Origin: Monocercomonoides exilis PA203
Lineage: Eukaryota > Protista > Preaxostyla
Assembly (NCBI GenBank): GCA_001643675.2
Contig: LSRY02000059.1
Location: forward strand, 372,001 to 436,000
Length of the DNA: 64,000 bases
Direction of reading: 5' to 3'
The position numbers and the translations under genes were made by a program. Positions 13,820 through 28,562 of this stretch are shown here, piece by piece. The notes under the pieces were generated by a model, which was not told the origin of the DNA, did no database searches, and worked only from the letters and a program-made list of their open reading frames with translations. The stretch's first letter is position 1. Each line of letters opens with the position of its first letter.

Positions 13820-14579
13820 GGCCTTGAACGAAGGGAACACTACTAAAAGAGAGGGGGAAAATAGAGTCAACGAACCATCGGATAGAGGATAAACTAATAG
13901 AGAAAAAAAATATAGTTGTTTATGTTGAAAGCACCAATGGAAAAGATTGTGCGTTGTGGATAAATTGCATGGAAGCCTCTTGTTATGGAACGTTATTGTT
14001 TGTCTGCCTTTACTGCTTTTTTTAGCTAATGTCAGCAAAACTGTACTGAATTATTCGGTCTTAACTGACAATTCCCAATTGTTGTGATAACCTTCTGCTT
14101 ATAAACTGCTATCCTGTCTTGTGTCACGGCCAGTCTTTTCCTTACTGTCTTGTTTAGTTTTTATTTTTGAGAGCCTTTGTCGCGTCTTTCCCCTTCTTTT
14201 TTTCGCTTATACTCACTCCATCTTTACTCGTAAACAAACAGCTTACTTCTATTATACACGGAGTATTTTTTTATAAGAGATAAAACTGAAGCAGACACTT
14301 TTCTTTGAGACGCTCCAATGAGTCAACATTTTTAGAAATTGATATATATAATAAAAGCATCTTTTAGATTACTACATACATATTGAAGTACAATATATGA
14401 AAAAAAGACTTCACACGTGATATGAAAAATAATGCTGACAAATTGTAACCAAAACAAAAAAACCAAACTGAATCCGAATCTTATAAAAAGATGCATTCAA
14501 ACATAAAACAAAAGTGTCTTTTGCTATCAATAGTGAAAAAAGATAAGCAATCAATAATGCCAAAGCGCATTATAGACGA

Positions 14580-17500
14580 TCATTGAACAATCTCGCAAAG
14601 CCACCAAAGACGTTCTATCTCACAGAAAAGCCATTCAGCACACTTCAGCCGCTCAAGTTGCTTCGGGTTTCTTTTCTTTCCTTTTCTGCTGTTGCAGGAG
14701 ATGTTTGTTTTTTCATCTGTTTCCTCACTTGATGTCTCTCCTTTGGCAGAAAAACAGCAAGAAAATGGTCCTATCGATTTCTTTTTCTTCTTCATAATAT
14801 CTTTTTGTTTGCCAGTGTTTTGTGAACCTTTGTCGTAGGAAGGATATTTTCTCGCGGCTACTGTTTTATTGTTTGACTGTTTTTTCTTCTGTTGTGAATT
14901 TGCAATCTTTGAAGAGCTTTCAGAAGGATAAGAAGATGAATATGAGGAAAGTTCTTCGGAATCGAATGCAGATGCAGAGATATCTCCAAAATAAAGAGTG
15001 CCAGCGCTATCACCTCCAGTTGCAGAAGAAAACAAAGAAGAAGAAGAAGAAGAAGAAGTGACTGAAATTGAATTTGATGAGCTTAAACCGCTTGACTCTT
15101 CATCATCTGATGTATATTCAATCTGTTTTCTCTGATAATTCCTTCTCAGTTCACTCGGTCTGTGCACAGCTGACTTATCACTTCCTCTTCGCTGTTGTGA
15201 TGTGTCATCTGCTTTCCATTGTTTGCTTTGAACTCCGTGAGCATTCATTTTCTTTGTGGCATCTTCATCAGAAGCTGATCTTTCTTCTGAATGTGATAGA
15301 GACGATGATGTCAGAGATGAATGTCTCCTGCGATGTTTGCCTGCTGTATCATGTGCAGAAGTCAAAGGGGATTCGGTTGTTGCATCAAGATGAGATGACA
15401 AACTGAGTGGAGAAGAAGGAAGCTGCCGCTTGGAAGGAAAGCAGATTGACGATGACACTTTTTTCTGGGATTGATTTGATGGGCTAGCTGTATGACCTGC
15501 CAGGTTTGTTTGACTATCATTTTGCGGATTGATGGAGGTAATTGTTGGCGAATTCGATGAAGGACATGGTGAAAGCTGAAGTTTAGTTGCAGAAGAGGAT
15601 GAAGGTGGACGAGAAAAACTTTCATCTTCGCTTGGCAATTCATTAAACGAAGGTTTCAATTCTTCAATCATCTCTTGGAGTGGTTGAGGTGCTCGATCAG
15701 AATCAAGATTCTGATGAGGGATTTGAGTGTTCAGTTTTTCCTTCTCTGTCGAAGTTGTTTCACTTCGATTGCCCATATCCACATTTGCAGACAAAGTTGG
15801 TGTCTTATGGACAAACTCACTGAGATCAGCAGGCAATTGAGGTGGTTGCAACTTTGTTTTATTTGATCCTGTACCAATCTCATCAAGCAGCTCATCCATT
15901 GGTAACAAAGTGTGTTTTGCTTTCCCCCATCCTTCGCCTCTTTCTTCGTTCCCGCAATCACATGCACCTTCTCCTTCTTTTCCTGAATGATTTTTATCAT
16001 GACCCGTTTCGTGTGACGCTGTAGTTGAACTCAAACTTGGCGAGAGGAGTTGCTGAGCATCCTGTTCAGATAAGCGTGTTAGCGGAGTTGCGCCTGCTCC
16101 TTGCTGAGGAGTAAGAGAAGCAACTGGAGGTGAAAGCGAAGCCATATGAGAATCATGCGTAGAGCAGGACACATAGCTACGAGGAGTTTTTCGCTCAGAG
16201 CCCAGATCACGCGATAGAAATGCAGATGTTCCAGATGCGCTGTGATGCCTTTCATGATGGCTTCCTGCGTAACTGCGATGACGACGATGATGATTGTGGT
16301 GGTGCTTGTGATGAATGCGGTGAGGGTGATGATGGCGATGTTCATGAAGTTGGCTTATGCTTCTGTCATTGCTGCTGTTGTTGCTTTTTCTTTCAAACAT
16401 CTCTTTTTGTGTGACAACTTTTGCAAGTGCTTCTTTGCTTGATTTTCCGCACCGTGCAGTTGCGCGTCCTTCGTCTGCCGAGTGTTCATCACTCGAAAAG
16501 TCATTCATGATGGCCGCTACGTTCACTCTTTCTGCGTTGCCTTCATTTCCCTTCGAATTGGGATTCCTTGCAAGCATCAGTGTTGATCCTGCTCTTTCAA
16601 GAGGTTTTTTCACTTTTGCCTCAGTAGCCACATCAAAGTACATTCCATCTGAATCATCCGTGTGTTGTGTGTTTGTACGCACCAGTGAGCGCCCCACAAA
16701 GTTTTGCATGAGCTCAGACTGGCGAGACATCGATCGCATATTCCTCTGGCTGGCAATGCTCATTCTTGAGAATGCTCGCATTCGGCTCTGACGCATTGCA
16801 CTGTTCCTCATTACGCTCTTTCTTCCCATGACGCTTTCTCGTCCAACACCAAACAGCGAAACGCGATCATCTGCCACTCCTCCTTGAAAACTTGTTGCGC
16901 CATTTGATTCACTGTCGTTATCATCAATCTCTTCGACCCACTCGTCATTCTGCTCCATGGGCATATCCAACGCTCCCTCAACAATACTGCAGGCAGACAT
17001 TGGCCTCTGCCATTGCTGTTGGCTCATCTTTCCGAACTGTTCTGCTTCTGCTGCTCCACTCATTTCACCCAATGCATCGCGAAAGCGAGGACTTGTGCCG
17101 CTTGGAAGAAGAGTGCTTCTTGGATCCATTCCAGCCCCTTCTGTGAGATCACCCTGATTTGGTGACTGCAGAACAACAAGAGGCAATGCAACGCATGCAG
17201 TCTGTGGAAGAGGTGCAAGAAGCCCATTCATTGAGCGCGAGATAGTATCCGTTATGGGATCATGCTGTGCAGGCAGCTCCAGCAATTGCTGTCCCATTTG
17301 TTGTTCGTTCCTCCACATATCCTGTCCATTTTGCATTGATGGAGTAATGTGCTGGGCTGATTGTGGGCGGAGGAGGGACAGTTGCAATTTGGAGTGTGAA
17401 GAGAACTTCGACGCAGATGAAAACGAACGCTGGACATTTTGTGATATTGGTGAATTTTGAAGTTGAGGAAGGACTCGTGAACTGAGGTTGTGCGATAACA

Positions 17501-20500
17501 TTTGATTTCTGGATAATGAGCGAGGAATTGGAGGTGGAAAGATACTGTCTTCATCAAATAATGGAACCAAACGAGCAGGTGTTGCTGGAACATTTGCTGT
17601 GCCTCCGAATGTTGCTCTTCGAGTTCCAGAGCATTTTTGAGAAGATGCATCGGCTTCAAGATAAGGAAGAGTGAGCGATCTGTTTTCACTCCCTGATTTC
17701 CTTGACCGTCCATCGCTCTGATAGCTCAGCTGATCTGAGGCTGTGTGCGGTGTCTCGTGTGACTGGAAGAGCAAAGATGTTGAAGAAGTACTGCGCTTCT
17801 GCCTGTTGTCTATCACAAGAGGAGCTGGATTGCCTGCTACTTTGCTGCTTTTGCTCTGCGGAAAGACGGCAACATCAGCATTGTTCCAACTTGTTCGTAT
17901 TTGTCCGAAAGAAGTGTCCGTTAACCTCCTTTTCTCGTTCTGCCATTGAGACGGTCTCCTCATAGAAGGGTTCATTGGAGGCGACGCAGCCACAGAAAAC
18001 GGATCAAAGTCAGCTGCATTCTGCCCATCACTGTATGTTTCTGTATGAATGTCTGAAAAGGAAGGCTCGCGATGCCTCCACCTCCGAAAATCGCTTGGCG
18101 TTTCACATGCGATGCCAAGAAATGGAGTTGGAGGATTCAGCGAAGAGGGAGCCAAATTGCCAGATGAGCCACGATGAGGCGAAAGAGCGCTAATGGAAGT
18201 GACAGAGGAAGGAGACTGCTGAAGTGCAGGAGAAAGAGTGAGTTGACCAGTGGAAGATGAAGAGGAGGAAGAGGAAGGAGAAGAGGGAAGCATCAAAAAG
18301 GAAGCGGAAGGCCGTTCCCTGACTGCAAGCACAGGTGTTCTGGACTGATTGGACAAAGAAAGAAGATCTGTTGATGGATCTGTTGGCGTTGCCGGCAGTG
18401 AGTGTATCTGGCGCCTGAGAGCGTCTGAAGACTCGAAATTACCTTTTCCCTGTGCATATTCCGCATTGATATCACTGAAACTGCGTGGCTTTCCACTCCT
18501 TCGCATTCGCCTCTGGTGGAGCTGACTTCGTTTGAATCGCCTGGCTTCTTTCTTTGCTTCAATAAGCATTTGCTGTTGCGGCAACAGGTCACGAGATGGA
18601 AGTTGTTCAGAAGAGACAGGGTATAAAGAAGAGTGAATGGAATTCCAGTCAAAAGGCAATGCTGATGACTGATGTGAGCGTGATGGAATGGACGATTGAA
18701 GTTCGAGTGATGTTAGCGGTGTCACGTAAGATGGCTTGTATGGAAACAGCAGAATTGCTTCCTCCGCTTCATTCTTCGTCATCTTTGCCTCAGAAGCAGT
18801 GTCAATAGGTTCAACTGCTAATTTTGTTTTCTCTTCCTTTGGCATCTTCCATGTTGGCACCAGTCTGACAGCCTTCGACAGCTTCATTACCGCAAACCAT
18901 GGTGAAGATGTCGGAGCCTTTGTGTCTGTGCCGAGTGTCCTCAGTCTGTACTCTCTCTGCCTGTGGATGAGAAGGCGACGTCTGGCATAGCATCCCCAGT
19001 CAGCAGTGTCTGGGTATCCGCTTGCCACCATCAGCACCCTCTGAAGAGACTGGAGAAGCACAGGGATGCGGAGAGAGCGTGATGAGTTGAGAAGAGCGCG
19101 CACTTGCACATTGCAGATACGTGTGCACAGCAGAAGAAAATACCTTATGTCCAGTGCAATTTGCACGGCTCCAAAGAAGTTCACAGAAGTAAATTGAGGA
19201 AAAGATGTTGAAGAGGAAGAGGAAGAGGAAGATGATGAAGATGATTTTGTTGCTGAAGTTGAAGTTTGCTTTGAGAATTTTGCTTTTGCATCCTTTGAAA
19301 ATGGATGGGGAGACACAGAAACAAGATAGGAAATAGCTGAGTTCCATTTGTTAAGAGCAACTGCAGAAGACAAAACAGAATTTGCTTCTTTCTGTTCAGT
19401 GAGAGGAGTCATCATTGTGACAAAGTGAGATTCATGAAGCTCATCTTCACAAAATGATGACTCGCAACCAGAGCTGCCTTCATCTGAATTGGAATTTTTT
19501 CCCTTTTCATCTAAATTTGTACATGAAGAAAGTGGTGATTTGCAATACTCAATTTTGTTGTGCTGAACACAAGGCAAGTTGGGTGGCTGTTCGCATAGCC
19601 AGGGGCCATATGGAGTGAAACGAAAAGACAACAAATGGTGGGGAACAACTTTTTCTCGGCTTTTGCATCCTGAACTGTTGTTGCAAGTTCCATTCTTTGA
19701 TTTATTGCCTTTGTCTTTATTTCGTTTCTCTTTTTGACTTCTATTTTTCTTTGATGTTTGAGTTGTCAAAGCACCAATTTCTTGTTCTGCATTGTCTTCT
19801 TCATAATCTTCATCACCGCTGCCTCTCCATTCATTTTCCTGAAGTGATCCCCATCCAGCTAAAATGCGGAGGTATGTAGTGATAATCATTCCAATTACGC
19901 TTTCACACAAAAACAGTGACCAAAACGGTGGAGACGACACAGAAACAGCAGTAGCAGCTGTGGTGAGGAGGTCAGGTTGGGCTGTAGCGGATGGCGAGGC
20001 TGTAGGAGATTGCTGGCTGAGCTGAGAAATGGATGTGGAAGGTGCAGCATTGCTGGCAGAAGAGGCAGAAACAGCGTTGAACACAGAAAGAGAGGAAAAT
20101 GGAGGTGCTTTTGGAGTGAGTAGAGGAATGATAAGAGAGTTGCCCAATTCAAATGCAGCAGCAGACGGACGAAATGGCATCGAAGTCAGAACGAAAGGCG
20201 AAGGTGGCAGAGAGTCAGCAGCAAGGTTTGACGACTGTTGATTCTGTGACAAGTTTGATTTGGCAGAGTCAACCGGCTTGGAAGGTGTAGCAACAGAACT
20301 TGGAGATAGTTTTGAATGTTGTTGCTGTTGTTGCTGCTGAAGTTGAGGTCTATTCGGAGTGTTGAGAGGAGAAGCAGAAACAGAAGCAGACAAGGAAGAA
20401 TGATTGGAAGACAAAGGCGACTGTTTCTGGTGTTGCTGCTGATATGACATCAGATGATGCGAGTGTGATTGTGACTGAGTCTGTGATTGTGGCTGAAGGG

Positions 20501-23500
20501 TGGATGGATGTGGTGACTGTTGAGAAGAGACGAATTGGCGAGGAGAAAGAACAGAAGATGCATACGATGTGTCAGAACGAGTGGAAAGCGGTGTAGATGT
20601 TGATGAAGAGGAAGAGGAGGAAGAGGAAGAAGAAGAAGGAGAGGCTGAAATAGAGTTGTGTCTTGGATGAGAAGCCGTTCGTTGAGCAGAGGAAGAAGAA
20701 GTTGGAGTATTCTGCTGAGAAGCTATTCCATTTTTCATTTGAAGCAAAGCAGAAGCAGAAGAAGAAGAAGAAGCGTTCTTCTCATTCTTTTTTGAAATTG
20801 CTTTTTGTTCACCTTCGACTTTCATTTTTGCATAGCAAGTGGAATATGCCTGGAGCGTGTCCCAGAAAAAGTGTTCGGTGTTGAAGAGATGTGCAACAAG
20901 TGCCACATGAAGAATGATCTTTTCTATTTCCTTTATTTGCTGCTGGAGCATCGGCGCCTGTGTGATGGCAGGTGTTGCAGAAAGAGATCCCAGCGAGTCA
21001 CACACCCACATCGCATCACGCAGAAACGAGAAGAGATAGAAAAGAGAAGAGGCAGAGGAAGAAGGAGAGGGAGATGGGGAGAGAGCGGAGGAGGGATTTC
21101 CAGTCTTTTTGGCAGGAACTGGAGGGAAAAGCCAGGATTTGATGGTTGTTGGGACGATAGTTGAAAGAGTCTGCTTCATCAGAGTTAAGAATGGATGAAG
21201 TATTTGAATGGCCGACGGAGAAATAGACAGCGGAGAAGCGAGTGGAATGGAGTGCAAAGGAGAAGAAGCAACATGAACAGGAAGGTTTGGCAGAAGAGTC
21301 GGAAACACCTCGCAAAGAAAGCTCAGTGGAAGATGACTGATAAACTCATCGAATGCATGAACATGTTTTTTGTAGCGTTTTATTGACTGTTTGACGTGAC
21401 GTATTGCCTCATCCTTGTTATTTCCTTCGTTTTGCTTGCTTTTCTGTTCATTTCCCTGTTGATTAGCAGACGAAGCATCGCTTCCTTCTCCTTTGAGCAT
21501 CTTTCTGATCCATTCAACATGGCTCTTCCCATATGCCAAAATAGACAGCATATCCTTCATTGTCTGATGATGCCCCTTCGACTTCTCAATAATGTCACAT
21601 GCTCTTCCCCACTCTTCCTCGTCTGTGAAAAGATAGTCTGCCGGTTTCAGTTCCATCAAAATATCAGCTTTTTCAGGGACAACAAACGAGAGCAGCACAG
21701 CAGCCAAGCCTGAGCCATAAGAAGCATTCGACAAAGGAAAGGGATGAGTGAGGATGTCACGCTCAGAGCGAGTCAAATGGCGGCGAGGAGAAAACTGCAC
21801 GTCTGTTTTGGATGAACCGGATGCTCGCAGCTCTGCTCGAGAAGAGGCAGCAGAAGCAGAAACAGCTGAGTTGAGAGAAGGTGACCGGGTTGATGCGCAT
21901 TGTGTTTCCTTCGTGTTGATCTGCTTGTCTTCTGAAGGAGATAAGATTGGATGTGCTGACACTTTGGATTTGTTGTTATTTTCAAATTGTGGCTGTGACT
22001 GTTTAGATGCTAGGGATGTGTACTTGATGATATCTTCTTCTGCATCCTCAGTCAATTCATCTGAAGAAGAAGAAGAAGAAACAAGAAACGAAAAAGAAGA
22101 CGACGAAGAGTGACAAGATGAGTCAGAAGAGAAATCATCTTCCTTAAACAACTCTTTCATAGCTCTTCTTCTCTTCCTCCTTCTCTGCTCCCTCTTCTCC
22201 CTTTTCTCCTGTCTGATGTGCTCCATTTCTTTGTTCTGCTGCTTTTTCAGTGTCATCCACTGCTTCATTCCTCTCATAAGCGGCGGGTGGATCATCGAGT
22301 GCGGTGGGTCAATGCAGAGCAATCCATCGCAGAACGAGAGAAAAAGGCGATATGACTCCAAACTTCCATTCAAGCACAAAGGGCGCAGCACACGCAGAAG
22401 GAAAAAGCGACTGATGACTGAAAAGAAGAAGGAAGGCAAGGCTTGTAAAGAAGAGCGAATGTCATTTGACATCTTCTTTGCTGAATTGTCTGTCATTTCC
22501 GAGTGCTCACCTGAGACACGAGGACTGTTGGCAGCCTCAAATCTTGGCGTGGATGGTGCAGATGTGAGTGTTTTGTCTGTCTTTGATGCGAAATGGGATG
22601 AGCGTGGCTGATCAGGTGTGACAGAGCGGAGGTGCTTGGATGGCAGAAGCTTTGGAGAGAAGTGAAGAGGTCCGTCCAACCTCTTTTTCAGAAGTGGCGA
22701 TGGCTGCTCGCTCAAAGAAGTGATTCTTGGAGAATTTGAGCCGATAGCAAAGGAATTGTTCAAAGCAGGATGTGACTGCATTGCATTATATGGCTGTTTA
22801 GTGAGTGTTGGTGTTGAGCCACCCGGTTTTAGTGTATTTCGTGCTGAGATTATCGTTGACTGTGCCTGCAGGTGGACTTGCTGAAGAGACGAAAAGAACT
22901 TCTTCTCGAATCGAATTCCGTTGATGAAAGGAAAGCAGAATGCAGTTTGCTTCAGCGAGGCACGACGCGCTTTTCTCTGGTTCAATTTAGCCTTTGCAAG
23001 AGACATGGAAGATGAAGAAGAAGATGATGATGCGCCTTCAGTTGCTTTGCTTGCTGCAAACAAATTAGTTGCAGACGAGGCAGACAAATGAGAAGGTGAG
23101 GAAGCGTTGTGTGCAAGTGGCACAAGAGCCGTCATGAACGATGCAGACGACTGCCGCTGCTGCGCCATCTGAATCATCGACGGGGTGAGAGGAAGCAAAC
23201 GCTGAGCAGACTTCACAGAAGCACGCGGATAGATGTTGATAGACAGAGCAGAAGGGTGGCGATCTGCTTTATCGCTGGCCTTTGGAGTGCTTTTGATGTC
23301 TTTTGTTGTCTGATTGGCTGAACTGTTGGCAGTCTCAGAGTTGGTTTCGTTTGATTTTTCATTCAATTTACTGGAAATGGTGAGATTTGCAGATGAGTGT
23401 GTTCCTTTGTTCTCTTTATCATTCTCCTTGGCATTTGCAGATTGAGCTGAATCTTCTTCTTTGAAGATTTTGAGTTTTGGAATATTCACTTTTGGCTTTT

Positions 23501-26500
23501 TGATTTGAGTTTTCGATTTTGGTTCTGCAAAATCTTCGATTTTCTCCTCTTTTGACACTCTTATTTTTTGTGAATTCTGTTCTTCAGAATTCGATTTTTC
23601 CTCCTTTTCGCATCCATTTTCATGTTCTCCATCATCAAATGATTCTGCTTCATCTTTCCTTGTTTCTTTAATTTGTTCATTCTCTGTCTTTTGCTCTTCA
23701 TCCTTTGCTTTCTTTATTTCACCCTTCCCATTTAGCTCTCCCTGTTCTTTGCTACTCTCATCTCCATCATTCTGTTCTTTTGCCTTTTCAATCGTCTCTC
23801 TCGAAGTCTTACCAGCTTTCAATCGCTCAGTCATCGTCATCTCGTCCTTCTCATCCACTTCAGTCAGAATCATCTCCTCCTCTTTACCGCTTTCTCCTCC
23901 ATCTGCTGCAGCAAACCCCTTTGGCAGTCGTACACTCAGAGGCGATCGTCGCCCTAATCTGGGTGACACTGACTGCGACACAGCTGCTACAAACAGCTCA
24001 GTTGACGAGGAAGGACTCAGTTTAGACTCACAAAATAAATTGTGTGTCTCAAGCAGATTGGGATTGTTGGTGCTGTTGTCACACGACTGAGGTGGCGGAG
24101 AATGATCGAGAAGAGAAGGAGAATCCGTTGGAAACTTCTCAGAATTTGCATTTGACTTGCCCTTAGGCGATGCTGACTGAGTTGGCGATGATGCATTTTG
24201 TTGCTGTTCCTCTTTCAATGGAGGTGGTAATAAAGCATTTCCAGATACCTGTGAATTCTGAGAGGCAATAAACATCATCGCCTCCTGAGATAGCGGCGGT
24301 ATTTCTGAGAAGGGCACCTGGCTGAACATCTTGTTGCTGGCAGGAGATGGGGGCATCTGTTGTGGTGAGTGCGATGAAAAGCCGTCTCCTTTGACTTCTG
24401 CAAAGAGAGGGGAGTCAGTGTGGTCAATGACACATGTGTCTGTGGATGAGAAGGAGCTGGCTTCTGAGCTTTCGTCGCTGGAGTGGACAGACGCGCCAGA
24501 CACAGAAGACGAGGTAAGGTTGTGCGGATGAAGTGTTGGCAGCTGTCTGTATCCAACGTTTGGGCGAGAATTGGACTGAGAAAGTTGCGAACTTTGGTAC
24601 GGCGATTGCTGTGCTGTGTGCATAGGAAGTGGAATAAACTGGAATTTTGGTGAGTTTTGAGAGGAAGATTGCTGAGGAGTTGGGGCAAAGCGGACGTGGT
24701 GTTGTGCTGACTGCTGTCCAGCTGCTGCAACAGCAGAGCCATTCGACTGTTGAGAGGCTGTGTCTGCATTCTGGTTGTTCATCACAAACAGCGACTGATC
24801 AGATGCCTGCGAGTGTTGCTGTGGAATTGACTGTTGTGACTGAGGAGGTGGTGGTGGCAGTTGCGGTGACAGATTTTGCGAGGCGAAAGAAGGGAAAAAT
24901 GACAGACGGGGCTGTTGTGGAGTGGAAGGCGGGATCAGATGAAGCGATGCATTCAGAAATGAAGAGCCGATCATCGCATTCCTGTTGCCGAAGAAGTTGC
25001 GAGGTGATGACAAAGCAGCAGAATTTGGAGGCTGATGAGAAGAAGAAGGTGAAGTGGAGGCAGCGAAAAAGAGACGAGAAGGAGAAGCAAGCTGCTGTGG
25101 AGATGAATATGATGGTGTGGTTGGTGCAGATGGTGGAGATGACTGCCAAGCATTGAAAAGTTGATTGTTTATGTTTTGATTGTGTGATAGCATTGCCTGT
25201 GAAGGTGTTTGGGGCTGCTGCATGAGCTGTGTCTGAGAGATATTCTGTGGCTGCAGAGTGATTTGAGATGAGTGTCGTGTCTCATCAGTCAGAACACGCT
25301 GCCAATCTGTGTGTGTCAGCATGGCATTGTGCACAGCAGAAGACACGTTGAATGCAGACGGTGTTATCACATACATCAGCCGGAATCTGGGTGTTTCTCG
25401 AATGCTGTGGAATGAATGGGTCTGTGGTTTTTGATTGCTTGCAGTGTTTGATGTTTGTTGAGTAGATTTTTGTTCTTTTCTCTCATTGTGAATGTGCGAG
25501 GAAGAAGAAGGAGATGGCCGATCAGAATCCGCAATGTGTGACTCATCTTTAGTTTTGTTGCTGTTGTTGAATGGATTCTTCATTGACTGGGGAATCGGAG
25601 GGGCAAGAGACAAGTCTATTTCCCTCTCTCCGTTGTCATTCAAATGAATGATAGATTCTGTTTCTTCTTCTGAAGCAGTTTTGTTGGAATCGTCATTTCC
25701 TGCTGTGATTGCGTTTGCATGTGCAATGCTGTCAACGATGTGATCTTTGTTCTTATCCGTTTTTGTTCCAATTGTTTTACTGTTTTCTTCTTCATCGTCT
25801 TCTTTTGGATGGATTTGAGGAGTGGAAAACGATATCGTCTTTTCTTTTTTGCGTGGTAGAAGAGAAGCAGAACTTAAATCTTCAGTAGCATTTTCATTGC
25901 GTTTCTGTTGCTGAGGAGTTGCTGATACATCCAACGGAACAGGTAGTTGTATTGATGATGATTCTGATGACTGATTTTGTTGTGTCTTCAGTGCTTGCTT
26001 TTCGCTGGAGCATTCTCCAACTTTTGAATCACTCATTGTTAATGAATTACGAAGGTTAGCAGCATTTTCATTCTCTTGCTCGCTATAATCACTGCACAGT
26101 TCAAACTTTGCATGCATTTTCAGATTTCTATTTGATTCGTTTCTCAGTCTCTTTTTTGCATTCTTCATCTCTTTTGCGTCCAGCCGATCTGCTTTCTTTT
26201 CTGCCAGCAGTGCAAAAAAAGGCTCCCAACCTTCGACATCGCAATAAGTTGCGTGCTGTGCGGTTGCAGTCACCGCAGCATCGACAAACATCTGCAGCCA
26301 GTCTGAGAGCATCGGAGCTTGTTTCTCGAATGCTTCTTCTTGTTTGTGTGTGGCAGAAGAATGGTTAGTTTTGGGCTTTCTTGGGAATGCTCCTTCTTGG
26401 TGCAACGAAAGTGGCTGAAGTGAAAATCGATTTGGAAGCAGCAAAGAAGGAGCATCGCTGTTTAGGCGAAGATGAAGTGGAGGCGTCTGAAATGACAGAA

Positions 26501-28231
26501 AATGAGACATGAGGGTATTTGGCAAAGAAGAGGATGAACTGCTCGATGAAGTGGAAAATGAAGATGATCTGTGTTTCTGAGAAGCTTGAATGGAAGAATA
26601 AAACCTCCGCACAGAGAGAAGAGGGGAAGGAGGAGCCGATCCAAGTTTATTACCAGGGCGAGGTGTGGCTGCAGGAGAGGCAGTGGGTGTGGTGTGGCGG
26701 GAGTTTGGCGGAGAGAGAAGACGCGGAGAGTGTGAGATGGATGTGTGGGGTGAGTGTGAAGTGGAAGTGGAAGAGGAAGAGGAAGAGGAAGAGGAAGAGG
26801 AAGAGGAAGAAGAGAATGAAACAGAACGGGAATGAAATGATGTGGAAGATGAATGAGTCTGCTGCTTGGATAGGTTCTTGAAGAGCGGAGAAGCATGTGA
26901 CTGAGTGAATGGAACAGGCCCAGCTGAAGAAGAAGAAGAATTTGATGTTTGTTGCTGTTGGAATGAAACAGAGAAATTTGAGAGATATTCTGTTGAGGAA
27001 CTTGAATCGAGCATAGGGCACAATGTTTTGATGGATGAAGGGAACCGATGATCTGAACTTGATGAAGCAGATGAAGATGCAGCAGGCAAACAGGATGGTG
27101 GGTTCACCTGAGAATCAAGATACTTTGAAAAATCAGATGTGGCAATCAAAGATTTTCCACAAAGACATTCCAATGCTCGTTTTGAGAGATGAGAAAGATT
27201 TACTGGAAGAGACTGTGCAGTTGAAAAGTCGGAAGAATTGGTAGGTTCATTTTTAATATTCACAGATGTTGATTTATCATAAACAGAAGAATATAGACTT
27301 TCTGGTAAATTTTGTCTTTCTTCATAAGACATCATTGGCTTATCATTGAGCAACAGTGAAACAAGAGAATCACTTCCGTCCAATGCAAGAATCATTCGAC
27401 TTCTTTTTTGAATCGCACCCTCGTCTTCATCAGCATCCAATGTGTTCGTTTGAATCTTGACAGATTTTTTGCAATAACTTTTCTTTGAAGTAATTTTGGT
27501 CCTTGTATTGTTGACTGCCATTTGGCATCCATGCATTAAAAGGCAAACACTATTGACAATGTTTTGTCTGCAATCCGCAAGTAGACCAATCCCATATTCA
27601 TCTTCTCCATTTACAATTGGATGGTGCAAAATATTGCCCGTCTCCTGGCAGATAATGGCCGTTTGAAAGATTTTGTCGCCTCTTCCGCTAAATGGAAATC
27701 TATGAGATAAAAGGAAAGGGCGACCAATTTGGGGATTAAATTGTTCGATTGAAACAAGAAATCCTTCAAATTTCGCAAAATTCAAATTTTATTATTAACA
27801 TTCTTATAAAATATAAAAATTCAAACTTTCAGAAAAAATAATGTCATTTGGATAGCGTCTTAATTGAGGTAAATCAAAAATTGCCTCTCCAATTCTGATT
27901 GTTTGAAGTCATTTCATAATTAAATGAAAAACTAATTTTTTTAACAGCAAACGTTTGAAATAATTCCCATATTGTTTCCTGCTCTGTAAAAGGAACACCA
28001 TGTAGCTTTCTGAAAAATGCTGATGTAAAAATTATATGTAAGTTTAAATATTTCATTTAAAAGGAAAGACCTTGAAAACTTTCGAGCTTAGCCGGATCTC
28101 TTATAATTTTCTGTATCCTTAATAAATATGAGATTGTCACTTTAATAATATTAGTCAAAAAAAATTAAAAATTTAAATAAATTCAAATTCAAAAAAAATA
28201 AACCATTTATAAGTCGTGAATTTGTTATCAT
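14580..28231 (-). CDS. Giant (>4400 aa) Ser/Gln/His-rich hypothetical protein; one ~13.2-kb exon (27763-14580) plus short 5' exons
   Basis: Uninterrupted 4401-codon ORF ending in TGA at 14580. In-frame small exons at 27894-27827 and 28009-27953 with GT..AG introns. Candidate ATG at 28231, but I could not phase the most 5' exons. No confident domain call. Confidence 0.75.
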
Positions 28232-28540
28232 TGAAATATTAATATTTATTTTGTGCCGATTTTTCGGCTTTATTTCTGCGTTAACCAGTATGTGACGCAG
28301 AAAACAGTTTTTTATGTCAAATAATATAAATTAGGGACAAAGTTTGATCAGATTTCAAATATTGGATGTAATTTTTAGCTTTCTGAATTTTGTTCCACGC
28401 AACATTTTCTTGAATATATTTCAATTTTGAAAATATTCTATGTTTTTTGAATGATGATGAAAGATTGATTTTTATTGGATAGCAGAGAATGCAAAAAATA
28501 AACCGTATTTTTTTTCATTAATTCAAGAATTTTGATACAA

Positions 28541-28562
28541 ATATATATATATATATATATAT
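28541..28562. repeat. (AT)11 microsatellite
   Basis: Directly visible. Confidence 0.9.

Noticed and set aside
14100-14240. CU-rich tract downstream of the PTB stop as an autoregulatory site
   Set aside because: Pyrimidine tracts are ubiquitous in this genome's non-coding DNA, so there is no specific evidence.
28331-28336. TTAGGG as telomeric sequence (also near 31369)
   Set aside because: Single hexamers with no tandem array.
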